Below, one piece after another: positions 26,020 through 38,591 of a stretch of DNA of 64,000 nt; within the stretch, counting starts at the first letter, position 1, and every line of letters begins with the position of its first letter. The stretch covers positions 61,938,001 to 62,002,000 of the forward strand of contig OZ076413.1 of NCBI GenBank assembly GCA_964187785.1, in the 5' to 3' direction. A model generated the notes under the pieces. It ran no database searches and was not told the DNA's origin. It saw only the letters and a program-made list of their open reading frames with translations. The DNA is from Amphiscolops sp. MND2022. Its lineage: Eukaryota. The position numbers were made by a program, and so were the translations under genes.

Positions 26020-26508
26020 CATCTTGTAAAACTTACTGCTGTCACTTTTTACATGCAGCAGACCTGCGTGCTAGGGGAATTTAATATTATACCCAGAAAA
26101 TTCGGCTGGTAAACCTTATTTGGAACTCAGAAGAAAAAACATTGAAGTTGGCCTTATGCGAATGGAATCAAGAAACTTTAGTCGACATGGTTACGTTGTT
26201 TTTACATTTTGGTAAACGTGTGATAATCACACGCTGAAGATGATGATAGTTCAATGTTTATAGCGGACTTACTGCACTTTGCCTTAAAGTGGCCGAATGT
26301 TTCTTCTCGCCTTCATGTAAAAGCAAAAATTATAAAACTTTGTCGACTATCGGCAATTTTCAATGAAACTTTCTTGAAGCTTGAATAAAGTCGAATTAAA
26401 TAGGAAAAAGTTTTGCATTGAAGTTTCTGCAAGAGTTCTCGAAAATCATGAAAAAGTTTTTGGCAACCTTAGAAGGAACGTAAATAGTTCAGGAAATTTC
26501 AACTAGGG
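26020..26508. mobile_element. Third, more diverged copy of the CCCTAGTTGA MITE
   Basis: ACTTTTTACATGCAGCAGACCTGC and ACGCTGAAGATGA match the other copies; right end TTTCAACTAGGG|TA; left end degenerate. Confidence 0.6.
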
Positions 26509-26999
26509 TATATAAAGTGAAGCCGCGTGTAATCAAAATATTCATTCCGAAGAAGTTCAAGGTTATCCGAGTTTAACGTTTGTTATTCCAAACAAACGCT
26601 GTTGCCTGATATATTATGACTCTCACTAATTCATATATGAATTCATAGCATTCGGCTCTAACATAATCAGTTAAAAGTTGTTAGTCGACGGGTTTTGAAA
26701 AGTAGACGCGAAAATTACAGTGAGTACTTTGTTTATTTTGTTCAAGTGTGTATGGTTTCATGCCGTCGAGGGTCGAGCAATCCCAAAAAGCATCTAACAC
26801 TGACGCAATTTGCAAGATTAAAAAATACCAAGCGATCTCTCTCTCTCTCTCTTATGGTTTGTTTGGCGCATAGCAACAATTTTCCTATTTATTTTCATTT
26901 CTTGCCCTCTGATTTCGATTCGCTCTAACTTGAATAAAAACCTTCCCTACCTAGTTAGTCCGCTCCCGAGTTTTTCGGGACTGTGAGACTTTGCGAACT

Positions 27000-27948
27000 G
27001 AAAACACGGCTAACTAACTTTTTTGAAATCAATTCTTTTTCACTTTTTGAGCACTGGAGTCCCGGTTTTTTTGAGGTTATTTGACAGAAGTCGTTTTTGA
27101 CCTCGGGTCGTGATCACTTGGAAATCTGCGCTTTTTTCATGTCTTTCGAGAAGCACGACGGATGAAAAGGAAAGAAGAGTTTTAAAAAATTAGAACTCGA
27201 GGTCAAAAACGACTTCTGTGTTCGAACAATGTCTTGTCACTGATTTTCCCCGTGTAATTAGTCGGCGCTTCATGAAGTGAAACGCGACTATTATAGTGAC
27301 TCTTTTTTTTTCTATCCACACGAACTGACCAAAATAGTTCTTAAAAGTTCTACAAAATATTATGGTGTCAAATAGCACCGTTTGGCCTAGCGAACTGGAC
27401 CAAAATGGTTTTACCTGTTTTTCCGCGTAACATATCATACCGGGCGAGACCAAAGAGTCCCCCCTTTCATTTTTTTTCGGCACTGCGAGACATTTTTTTT
27501 CGGAATTTTTTTTCGAAATTTTTTTTCCTCAAAGGGTCCCCCCTGCATTTTTTTTTGATGTTTTGCGACAGAATGGATGTTGGAAAATCCCAAAGGGTTC
27601 CTCCTTTCAGTTTTTTTTGGCATTGTGAGATTTTATCCCGAAAATAAAAAAAAGTTTTTCTTCAATTTTTTCATGTTTTGCGACAGAATGGATGTTGAAA
27701 AACCTCAAAGGGCCCCCCTTTCAGTTTTTCGGCATTGTGAGACGTTAGCGCGCCAGGGGCTCGCGGTAGCGAGCCCGGCGCGCCACTCGGTCCATTTTTT
27801 TAGTATGTAATTTTTTCAAAAAAAAATTTCGAAAAATTTTCGATTTTCGACTACTGTAAACGAATACTTGACACTTGGAAGTCTTTTGGCTATTTTTGAG
27901 CCTTGGATATGGCGCCGACTTGGGCCGGTCCCGGCTTGTTTTTTCTAG
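27000..27948 (+). mobile_element. Helitron/Helentron-like non-autonomous repeat with two 3'-type termini
   Basis: GC hairpin GGGCTCGC-GGTA-GCGAGCCC ending ~27776, then TTAG|T at 27803; second hairpin GCCGG-TC-CCGGC then CTAG|T at 27945-27948; 21-bp perfect inverted repeat 27085-27105/27198-27218; internal GGGTCCCCC/T-rich subrepeats. Left boundary approximate. Confidence 0.55.
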
Positions 27949-28869
27949 TATTACGGTACCAAAATAAACCTATTCGGCATCAACGGTTGTAAATTTTGAA
28001 ACTTTTTTAGTTGCGTTCGAAGCATATTCTACCCTAGGTTTTCGAATTTTCTAATGACAAAGTGGGCAATGTTTTCAATTTCAGATGCACTCAAGATTCA
28101 TTGCCAAAAATTTACGAAGTTTTCCAGTTTTTTGGAACGAAAGTTACTCAGCATGCAGTATTTAAAAAGTTGCAGTGGCCTCCATTATGTGCTAAGTTGG
28201 CATTGGTTCGTAAAAACGGAATAAAAAAAGTCTGAACAGAAACGACCGAACCATTGTCGTTGGCGTGTAATCTTGTTGCATTTTGACGTTAGTTTGACAG
28301 TCTTGTTTTTGAACCATTTTCACTCCATCTCAAAGCCCTCCTTCCCAAAAAGAATAACAGGAAGTAAAATTTCCGTAGTGCTTTTGTTCAGGTGGAACGT
28401 TGTGAAGAAGACATACTGTCGCAGGCTGCCACCTGCGATGGCAATTGATATTCCATTGCCTACAATCATTGCAATACTCTCCCTGGGACAATCCTCTCGA
28501 TTAAGGAAAAAGGACATGCCGTCGATACAACGAAACTGAAACTTATTTTATGTTTTGTAATTGTTTTCTGCGATGCTAATAATTTTTGAGGTAATAAAAG
28601 GATAACCTTCATGTAGTTTAATATTATTTACTGTTAAGACATGTAATGGATGAAATGTATTTAATATGTAAATGATTACGGAAATTGTTTGAAATTAGAC
28701 ACCAAGGCGTACAGGTAGAGGAAACGCGTTCAAAATGTTTCATCTCCTGTCGCTGTCCAAATTGATTTCAACCAATCATATCTCAGCATTCAGCTGAGCA
28801 CTCTAATACAGTGCTATCATTAGTGAACATTATGGCCACGCGCCGCTTACTCTCAAATATTGATATACT

Positions 28870-29982
28870 TGTTAAGGCAATGGGACACTGAGTCCAAATT
28901 GATTGGTGCTTTCATATTTTAGTAATAGACTTAATTTGAAAAATAGTGTTGCGTACAATTATATTCTTGCAAATAAAGGCGCTACAACTGATCTCCCCCC
29001 TTCTTGGCTCAGGGGCCATATTAGGCCATGCCCAAACTCTCATGCCTGAAATACACACGAGTATGATCAAAACATGTAATTATTATATGAATGTTACATG
29101 CAGTGTTGCTATTATAACCATGAAAGTACAACTGTCTCACGTGGACGCTAGTTAATATAGATGAGTGTGGCGGTGTAACGCCTTTGATCTGACCAATAGG
29201 TCATTACGTCATGTAACCTATAAATAGGTGATGCTACTTTTAGATTAGTTTTTATCTATTTTTAGAATCTGACGGTTATTTTTTCGATAGTCATGCAAAC
29301 TGTCCTATATATACCCGGGACTTCTGGACCGGGGGACACAATTTTATTTTCTCTGCAGCCTATCAATTGACTTTGTTTTGTTTGCATGCCTAAATATAAT
29401 CAATTCTTACCTCTTGCAATTGTTTCTTATGCCTTCTAGCGAAAGCTAGGAATTCAAGGGAAATTGACATGATGTCTGACTTTGAAAATATGGACGTAAT
29501 GATCGGGAACGAAAATACTAATCCTATTGAGCGTGAACTTTCAAATATGATTGGGAATGTGGAAAACAATGAAGACATTGAGTCCAATCCCCAATCTGCG
29601 CGGTATGAATCTCATGAAAATGAATTTGGACATTACGTTCATGAAAATGTAATTCCCAGGCAAGATAGGGTTCAAGAAACATTAGAGACCTTCACTAGCG
29701 AATTTAACATGAGACTTTCACAAGAGATGGATTCAATGATGTCATTAATGCATAGTCAGATAAACAGGGCGATTAGCACGGCAATAACTGAGAGAGTAAT
29801 TCCAGAGATTCAAAATATAGTGAGTTCAATTTCGTCCTCAGGGAATCAGGACACTGAGGCCAGTTCGTCCCCTAATAGTCAGGAAAACGTTGAAATGAAC
29901 AATGGGTTTAGAAATAAAATTACGAAAAAGGACTCGCGGTCTACTGGTGACCTAAGAGTACTCAGAGACAGTAGTCCTTACA
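28870..29982 (+). mobile_element. Probable solo LTR containing the start of a gag-like ORF
   Basis: CCAAT (~29193) and TATAAATAGG (~29218) promoter-like motifs; coding-like ORF whose character ends at GTCCTTACA (29982); TGTTAAGG at 28870 resembles the inverted end. No clean TSD; left boundary uncertain. Confidence 0.45.
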
Positions 29983-30047
29983 CATACAAAAGATGGAAAT
30001 TATCTATGTCAAAAAACCGTCTGGTTCAGACAATCCAGTATAAATGA
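29469..30047 (+). CDS. 192-aa ORF, likely N-terminal part of a retrotransposon Gag
   Basis: Open N/E/S-rich ORF with a helical segment (FNMRLSQEMDSMMSLMHSQINRAISTAITERVIPEIQN); antisense within an intron of the FN3 gene. The identity is an inference. Confidence 0.45.
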   Translation: MMSDFENMDVMIGNENTNPIERELSNMIGNVENNEDIESNPQSARYESHENEFGHYVHENVIPRQDRVQETLETFTSEFNMRLSQEMDSMMSLMHSQINRAISTAITERVIPEIQNIVSSISSSGNQDTEASSSPNSQENVEMNNGFRNKITKKDSRSTGDLRVLRDSSPYTYKRWKLSMSKNRLVQTIQYK

Positions 30048-30630
30048 TATTACCCGAAATTATTTTCAGACATGGAGCGCACATGAAGAATAATAGCAAA
30101 ACTCCAATATGGAAGCTTCCAAACAAGTGCGAAAACGATAACAACGTTCGAAATAAGTCTTTTCATTTGCTTTTTTAATAATTAAAACAATTTTATAAGA
30201 ATTTAAAATTGAAATTTTGTCGAGCAGTTTATAGAGAAAAGGGTAGTTGACACCTTTTTTCAGTGAGTTTCTTTGTTGCTAAGTTCGGAGTTAGAGGAAT
30301 TTTTACTCCAATTAAGAGTGTTTCAACGATAATTTGCTTATTAAGCTTTTACTGCTTTTCTGTTATTTTGTTGATGAAAACATCAGAATGTCTGAAAAGG
30401 GCTACCCTTTTGGTCAAACACAAAAACGCTTGATCTAAATTGCACAGTTTGCGAAACCCGGACCGAGATGACAGCACTAACAAGCTCTAACAAATTTTGA
30501 ATGCCACGTGATTTTGTCGAAAATTAGAACTTTTTGATTTTTCCAAGGACGTAGATAATAGTGGGTTAGTTGTGCAGGTCATTGTCCTGTTGAGGTATGA
30601 ATTAATAGAGTTACTACATGGTATACTTAC

Positions 30631-30900
30631 TGGTACACATCGCCTGTGTTACATCTGTGCCAACACCAGTTTTGAGCGTATAGGAGTACTCGGTGCCTGG
30701 GGTGAGTCCAGTGTTGGTGTTGGTATTTTGTTGGTAGTTGGTGTCCGTAATTTGTGCGTCAGCGACCAGAGGACTGCCAGTAATGGCAAGGGTGCTTCCT
30801 CGAAACAACTCGCCACTTCCATCGATGTTCGTAATTTGTAGTGTCACCGATGTTGTCGAAACTTGATCTGTGTCCTGGGTGAAAGTGCAGCAAGGGCCGG
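30631..30900 (-). CDS. FN3-domain protein exon (1st identified; 270 bp)
   Basis: ttttttgtttccacag acceptor and gtaagt donor, phase 1-1; encodes GPCCTFTQDTDQVSTTSVTLQITN...TGLTPGTEYSYTLKTGVGTDVTQAMCT. Confidence 0.87.
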
Positions 30901-31534
30901 CTGTGGAAACAAAAAAGGCTTCAAAAATAACAACCGGTTCTTAACCCTTTCAACTGATAATGGATATCTTATGCATGCTTTTGGCATGGGTAGTTTCTTA
31001 TTCTTGAAACAGTGTTTGACTGACGAATTTATATAAGTTTTCTTTGCTCGAACAGACGAAAAACTCACCTTCGGCAAACTCTCCAAATGCGGCAAACCTG
31101 AAATAGAAGACGCTTAATAAGACGTTTTTCAATAGGACGTTTAATAAGACTAGTACAACATTGTGTCTGACAGTAATTGTTTTACCTTCCAGCGTCTGCT
31201 AAGCCAGGAATTGCAGGTTGGAATCTCGGTCTTTGCAATATGGTATACAAAAAATTGATGCTTCCCGTTACTAACGCACCAATGTTCATACATTACCACT
31301 ACAGAAGGTGTCATGGCCACCGTAGTGGTGGGTACCAGTGGGACTGTGATGGGAAACAAGGTGGTTTACAGTCGGTTGTCACCTTTGAACTAACCGCCTG
31401 CGCTACAATGTATTATGTATTTCTGCTCCTTTTTAACAAAATGCCGGAGAGAACGAAGTGATAAACTACAATTGCGATCAAAAATGCGGAGCACAGAGGT
31501 TGCCTTGAAACATTCTCCGATCAACGCGGAAATA

Positions 31535-32358
31535 CCCAGGTTTTCGATCTTTGCGAATCTGTACAGATCTGCAGAAGTTTTGCAGATCTTTGCAGATATG
31601 TGCAGATTCGAATAAAACTGACATACTCCGAAACGCAACAAAAACCCCACAGCGATGTCAAACGGATAATAAAAAGGTTTAAAACTGGAGAGAAGTCTCA
31701 TTTTTGTCAAAATGATGAAATATTTTTCTGTAGCAATCTGTACAGATCTGTAGGGATTACAGATCTTTACGGAGCCAAACAATGACCAATAAATTACTAT
31801 AACATATTGCAATTTAACAGCAATTACTAAAATTATTCCAACAAACCATGTTCCTGAACAATTACAACAATAACACTTTATCAACACATCTACCAACCAA
31901 GAAGGTTGCCATATATCAAATTTCATCCGTCAAAACGAAGTCAATGTGGCAAACGAGCCTCTCAAAGTTGAACAATCACTTCTGGAAAGTTCAAATAAAG
32001 CGGGTAAAATACGGTGTATAGCCAAGACCGCACATTCTCCTGTCATCAAAAATACCGTGTTTGGGACATATTTTCCTTCTCGAGAATTTTGAGTGATGGA
32101 AAGTTTCAACTGGCTGACACTTGGTCAGCTAAAATACTCGATAAAGTAGTTGAAGTAGTCCAAAAATGCAGTATATTGGTTCCTTAGAAGGTGCAGAAAA
32201 ACATATTTCTGCAAAAACTTTTAGGGAAAATCTACACACTTCTGCAAAGATGTTGCAGATCTGTATGGATCTTCAAGATTCAGTGCAACGATCTTTGCAG
32301 AACCCTGCAGAAAAAATCCTGTAGATCCGCACAGATTTGCAAAGATCGAAAACCTGGG
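31535..32358. mobile_element. TA-flanked MITE (824 bp)
   Basis: TA|CCCAGGTTTTCGATCTTTGC ... GCAAAGATCGAAAACCTGGG|TA: 20-bp perfect TIR with imperfect extension; TA TSD. Confidence 0.88.
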
Positions 32359-32769
32359 TAGTTCAATTCACTTTCATTTAGAATTTATACTGAACAGTAA
32401 GTTGTTTATGTGTTTGAACATGTATCTCTTACATTTTTTACTTGGTTTTAGGTGCGGAATTTTTCAATTCTGTTCTTAAACCAGTTTCTTCCATTTATTC
32501 TATAACTTTTAAAACATCTATACCTTCACTTCACTTGGCCTTAAGGTTGACGCGGGCTTCCAGGCATGGTGACGGGACCTGAGAAACAGAAGTACGTAGG
32601 TTCAAGTCCCGCACTGGATCAAAACTTTTTATGCTTCCAGAGTTAGAGGCAAAAGCAAAAGATTCTCCAAAATTTTTTCAGGAAAGTTTCAAACTGAAGT
32701 TCCACCACTTTTAATTTTAAGCAACTAAAGAAATCTTTGGCACTGTGCAATTTACCGAAGGATTTTTTT

Positions 32770-32980
32770 CATGTTTTTGATCCTAAAGGGTCTCACTCTT
32801 GGGTCCCTTCGGCATTGTGTGACTTTTTTTGAACAAATTTGTTCCGGAGAAGGACAAGCAAACTTTGTTATGGGTGACTTCGGAAGTTTTTTTGACAATT
32901 TCTCAACACTACAGAGGCTTCTGCTTCAATTTTCCCGATGTTTTCAGTTTAGAAAACGCGTTTTTGGAGCATGATGGGTC
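32770..32980 (+). repeat. Fragment related to the Helitron-like repeat at 27440-27740
   Basis: AAAGGGTC...CGGCATTGTGTGACTTTTTT resembles CAAAGGG...CGGCATTGTGAGA. Confidence 0.4.
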
Positions 32981-33022
32981 ACTCTTTTGGAAAATTTCGG
33001 CCTCGTGCGATTAATTCTGGAC

Positions 33023-33357
33023 CAACATTTTCTGGAAGATTTCACAGATGCCGTTTTTTCTGTAACTGTATACTAACAATATCGCTGTGTCAGTGCACCT
33101 CAGCTAACTCAAACTTTTGGTGCTAGGATGTAGCGTGAAAGGAGGTTATCAAGAGAAACGTAGTAATTTATACAAACTTCATTGATATCGTTTTGCTCGA
33201 ATATTAGATTGTTCGGCTGTGTAAGACACGAAAACACAGATTGCTTTAACTTCGTGTTGAAGACTAATCACAAAAAAGAGGTGTACTGATACAGCGATAT
33301 TGTTAGTGTACTGTTACAGAAAAAAACGGAAGTTGTGAATTCTTCCAGAAAATGTTG
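33023..33357. mobile_element. Foldback/MITE-like element with ~80-bp imperfect TIRs
   Basis: CAACATTTTCTGGAAGA...CTAACAATATCGCTGT...CACCTC recurs inverted at ~33278-33357; no TSD identified. Confidence 0.75.
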
Positions 33358-33662
33358 AAGCGTAACCTTGAATTGTTACCGAAAGCGTTAAAAACGAACT
33401 ATCAAATTGTAGTCGGTTTGAGCTGATTCAACTTATTTTGGTATTTAAGCCGCACAGGTTGACACTCACGTCACTATCAATCAGGCCTATCGTAGCAAAA
33501 TAATAGCAATGTCGGATCAATCATGGACCTCATACTACAATTCTTCATGCAGAAAAATATGAATCGTTTCCATTATGCTGCATACTTTATTCATTTGGTT
33601 AATTTTTTTAGGCGCTGTCTAAATTTGCAAAAGCGTTCGCATCAAACTCGAGCATAACATTG

Positions 33663-34620
33663 TGTAACGATCATCTCTGATGTCAACTGAAACATTCGTT
33701 CTAAGACGGGATCTACTTTACGCAAATCGCGTCCAGCCCTTTAAAAAAATTTCTCAACAGCGAATTGTAGAGATGTGAAAGCCCAATTGCCAAGCATCAA
33801 ACCCGAAGAAGAAGAAACTTTAGGCCTGGTGTTAAACGATATTTTCCTGAAAATACTCGTATTAAAAGATTTTTTGGGTATTAAGTTGGTTTTTAACAAG
33901 TACCAGCGAAAACTTTCTTGGCTCCGTCAACAGCTCACTAGTTATTGGTCGAACGTGTCGTTACTGGGCCCTAATTGGTGTTAAAAGGTGTTTTACAGTT
34001 TTTCTCAGCTTTTTTGGCCAAATGAACGAGTGTTGAGGACCGTGCGAACCAGACCCGGACGAGATAGACAATGAGCAGAAAAGAGTGTTTACGACTCTCC
34101 CTTCCAATTCCTCGAGGAGACGTCCGAGAGGCATGATGTTTGGTAGAATCATAGCACAAGTACTAACGTTGCTAACGGTTTAATCTGTTCGTCTCTAGCA
34201 AAAGTAGGCGAGGATAAAATATAAAAAGAAAGTAGGACCCTCAACCCGGGTTAGGTAAAAATTCCGACCTTGGAGCAAATCTTTTTTTTTCAAATACTTC
34301 AAAATTTGTGTGTGATCGTTTGCAAATGTCATTACGAGCCTCCTTTTTTGCGTGCTTTTGCACCTGTTTTGTGCGAAAACGGACCGTTTTTTTATGTGTT
34401 ATTGCACGAATTGCCAATTTTGCCCTTTTTGAGGCACAACACTTACATGAGCGCAAGCGCGCTTGGTGTGAGCTGCAAACCCTACAGGAGTTGAATAAAT
34501 TGAGTAGCTCAGAACCCTCATGGATCCTTCATGTTTTTTTGGTATCCACAATTGCCGTTTGAGCACTTTGCAAGACATATTTCGTGAGGAAAAAAACACG
34601 TTTTTGATACAATTGAATAA
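33663..34620 (+). mobile_element. Relic of the large Gypsy family: 5' LTR fragment plus leader
   Basis: TGTAACGATCA LTR start at 33663; 33780-34620 is colinear with the leader at 39830-40710. Confidence 0.65.
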
Positions 34621-37600
34621 GGCATTGCATGAAAAGCTACTAGAGGTCCAGAATCTGAACATCAAAACTCCCTAGGTGTGCTAAAAACAAGTTGGGCGGA
34701 CTCAAGTAAAAACTCACTTTTGATATACTATTGGACGAGTTGATAAGTTGAACAGTGTAACCATGAAAACCTCGATTTGTAGGCCATTTTAAGGATACCT
34801 TGAAGTATTACACAAATCCGAAAGTCCGAGTTGTTGTGAACGAATTAGAACCTATTGGCTAATATTCCTGGTTATAACGTAATATTTAACGTTTACCAGT
34901 GAAAACAACATCATAAAATACTTTTTCAGCCCCGAGAAAAGTAGAAAAATGCACTGGAAAACCCCATTGTGACTAACCAACTGAAAAACGCTAAGTTTTA
35001 TGAAGGTTTCAACCGTGTTCCTCCGAAAACTCTGGGAAATTTCACAGGGTCCTCTGAACCTTGGAACTATCATGGTAGTTGCTTCTTGACAGTGAACACC
35101 AATTTTACAGTCAATTGGTGTTGTCCTTTGCGAAAATCAGTCGGAATCATTACGAAAAAACAGTACCAAATTGGGTCAGAAATTGACTTTTCAACTAACT
35201 TATCCGTCACCTTAATCGACCGGCTAAATTATTGTGACGCCTTGAAAGGATTTTCATCGTCGCATGGGGGATGGTAGAGTACCCCAAAACCCAGCCCAGA
35301 CGTTTACAGAAACAAATCCAATAATAAACAAAATCTCAGCCTAACTTCAGATACCACCTCATATCTCAGAGGGGAAGATTCGCCTACAGAAGATAGTTTC
35401 ATAGTGAAGAAGTTTCTTCTTTCATAGAAGAAATTTGAAGTGGGACAAAAATAGTTGGCAAATTGTATTAACATCACTGAAGCAGTTTTCTAATTTTTCA
35501 TATTTTCATACTTTTTGACAAGACTTACGGAGATACCGAAAATAAAGACGATGAAAAATTAGTTCCTAACCGAATAATGAGTTTGAATTCAAAAGGATTT
35601 CTATTTCAAGGGTGAATAAAAGTAAACTAAATTCCAGTTATGGATAAAAGGGCTGTTGCCAACGTTTTATTAACTGAATTTCATTCTTCAATTTATTTAA
35701 ATCGCTAGTTCGGCAATAATTCATCAACTGCAAGCCGTGATCAAGCGTTCCTCATTCCAGGTGCCAATAGAATTTTTTTGACCATTTAGCAAGTTTATTG
35801 TTTTACGCTCTTTTTCAGAGGATTCCAGGACGCCAAGGATTCGATGTCCTTGACGAAAAGTGGTTTTGGAGGAACTGGGATAGTAGAATTTTATTGAGTG
35901 TTTATAAAAACTGGAAACCTACCGGATTGAACTGCCTAATTTGGTGAAATCTTGATACAAGAATGCTAAGTAATTTGAATACCCTAAAGAAATATTTTCA
36001 AGGAAACTTGAAAATAGCAAAGCGATTGAAAACATACACATGAGACATTTCGGAATACATTTTTGTCAACTGAAAATATCGGAAAACAAAAACGGGTATC
36101 CTTCAAAAAGTTTTTTAAGGCTTGTAATTCAAGTGAAACTAAGAATTTCAGAAAAGAGATTCTCTGCCGGTTTCGAGCACACTTCAGATCTTATGCTCAA
36201 AAGTGGACCTTTCAGTGACATCCGGAGAAAAAACTACTCGCTACTTATCTTCCAAAGAATGTTGTCTAAATAGAAAGTCGAAATGCCTACAGATGAGTCA
36301 CACGATTCATCACTTTTTGTGCCTTAGTGCTAGCAAAGCTGATTACATGTCCTTTCTATCATTCAAGCTCGACGAGCTGAAAAGCTTTTTTGTCCTCTTC
36401 GGAGAGGTTTCTATAGACTTTGTTTTTAAACTAAAACTTTTTTCTTTTTTGCAAATTGTTGAGATTTTTCGAGGTTTTTAAAAACCTCAAGTTGTTTCAA
36501 GTTTGGTTTTGTAAAATTTTTAACCATTTTCTGTAGACTACTACTTCCAAACTCCTTATTTAGAGAAAGAAATAAAGAAAAACAAAACAAATAAACGAAA
36601 TATGAATGCAACCATTGGCTAACCAGAAAAGGAAGGCGCTCAGTAGAAAGCAAAAGTGCTTCCACATTATTTCAGATGTTGTTAGATTCTACTTTTGTGC
36701 TTTTCAGTAGGATTGGCTCGTATTGTTGAGTTTCGAACTGGAATCGAAGAGTACAAAAATTTGGGTTGTGCTTGAATTGGGTTATATTTGAAATTCAACT
36801 GGAATGATGATTTTTTTGTGATACATTTTTGGAACTTCGATGAGCTAGCTGTTTATAATGACAAAAATTTACTGTTTGAAAAATGTAATTTCGGATCGAC
36901 TATTACTTTTTTCCGTCTTTAAAATTTAATTAGACCAAGGACAGTAATTAAGTTGAACAAAACTGACCGTTCATGCAGAAACATGCTTCTGCATGAACGG
37001 CCAATTTTAATCAAATTAAATTTAATTCTTACACAAAGCACGGAATTTTTGCCTGAGTGGATTTTCAGAAAAGATTTTTTCTTCATAAAACGTGAATGTT
37101 TCAGCCAGAAAATTTTTGAAGCCTTTTTTTAAAGGTTTTAATTTTAATAGGTGTATACTTGGCCATTTTTCACATCATTCAATATGATCTTATAAAAGCT
37201 TTTAAACATATGCCCTGAAGGTGGTTAGTTTGGAATTGGTAGTGCAGCCAATCATTTGTCACTCTCACAGTGGTATCAGATTTCTGAGAGACTAAAACCG
37301 CCGAAAGGTCTAGTCATTACTTTCTGCTGGGCATAATTGCTTTTGAAAGTCTCCATTTAATTGCTTCAAATTTGAGCGGCAAAAGACCTGCAAGCTTTTA
37401 TCTGACAGTGACAGCAGAAATTGGGCAATTCTAAGCTTAAGAGAGTCGTAAATTCCAAACAAAAAATTGAAGTAACGTACATTGGTTGTCGGTCTCAAGA
37501 ACGCAGCAACATTCTCAGAGTGAAAAGATTGACGTCAAACATCTTAATGACGTCAAAAAGTGAATAATCATCATACCTTCAGAAAAGACATCACAAGTAT

Positions 37601-38591
37601 TTTATCTCTCCTTAATTAGATTCTAAAAGTAACTTAATTTTAACTTTTAGCTTTCATTTTAAACAACCTTCAAAAATATCTCCGGCGAAAATAACATCGG
37701 GTTTATCGATTTTTAGCTACACGAGTGCAATGTTCTACTTTTTTAAAGGAAGCCTAATATGATTAGAACTAAAATACATTTTTGAGCATTTTTGAGTTTC
37801 ACTCAGCACGAACTATGAGTTTACTAAGCCATTACTATGGTATCTACAATGCCATTGACAATGTCTCTACTATACTTTTTTACTTAGCAGCGTCGTGCTC
37901 GTGATTAATTAAGTATTGATTATCAAATGGTTTCATTCCAACTTGAAGAATCTTGTTTAGTGTGCTTGACCCTTGAAGTACTTGGTATAATCTGCTCAAG
38001 TCTTGATTTCAGGCACATTTAGAAACGCAATGAAAATGATTCATTTTGATCCATCTCGTTTTGAAGATCATTTCTTCAACGAGAACCAATGAATTTTCTC
38101 AAAAATATCCCGAGTCTTAAAAATCGTTGACATAGTTTCTCAAGATAATGGCAGTAAAGTTTACCTAACTCCAATAGCATCCAGCAGTCGATATTCGATA
38201 GATATTGAAAAAAAGCTATAGAATTGGTAGAAGTGGATAACTACAGGCAGAAGAGAAGGGGTTAGAAAATTTCGGATTGCAGTTTCACAGAAAATATGTC
38301 ACAAACCACCAAGCACTAGAACTTTTAATTTGAGAAAACTTGGTACAGCGAGCAATACGATGGTTAGATCGGTTAGCATACTTCGATATTGCAATACAAC
38401 ACATAGTGGGCAGCAATTTGAATTATACTGAATTTCTCACACGAGATTCAGTGGAGTAGGCTACCACCGAAGACGCGTACGATGAGCAATACGTCAGTAA
38501 CAATTCCTGGAAACAAGCAAAATTTATTTTGGAAGACGGAAAATTAATCACGAGCCAATCACAAAACGCACCGGGAAACAACATAATAGAA

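Noticed and set aside
31297-31343. Candidate upstream exon of the FN3 gene (47 bp, ...HHYGGHDTFCS)
   Set aside because: A plausible acceptor and a phase-1 donor exist, but there is no domain support or upstream partner; left unresolved.
32545-32620. Second tRNA- or SINE-like sequence (GGTTCAAGTCC)
   Set aside because: Only a B box is convincing; there is no clear A box or cloverleaf.
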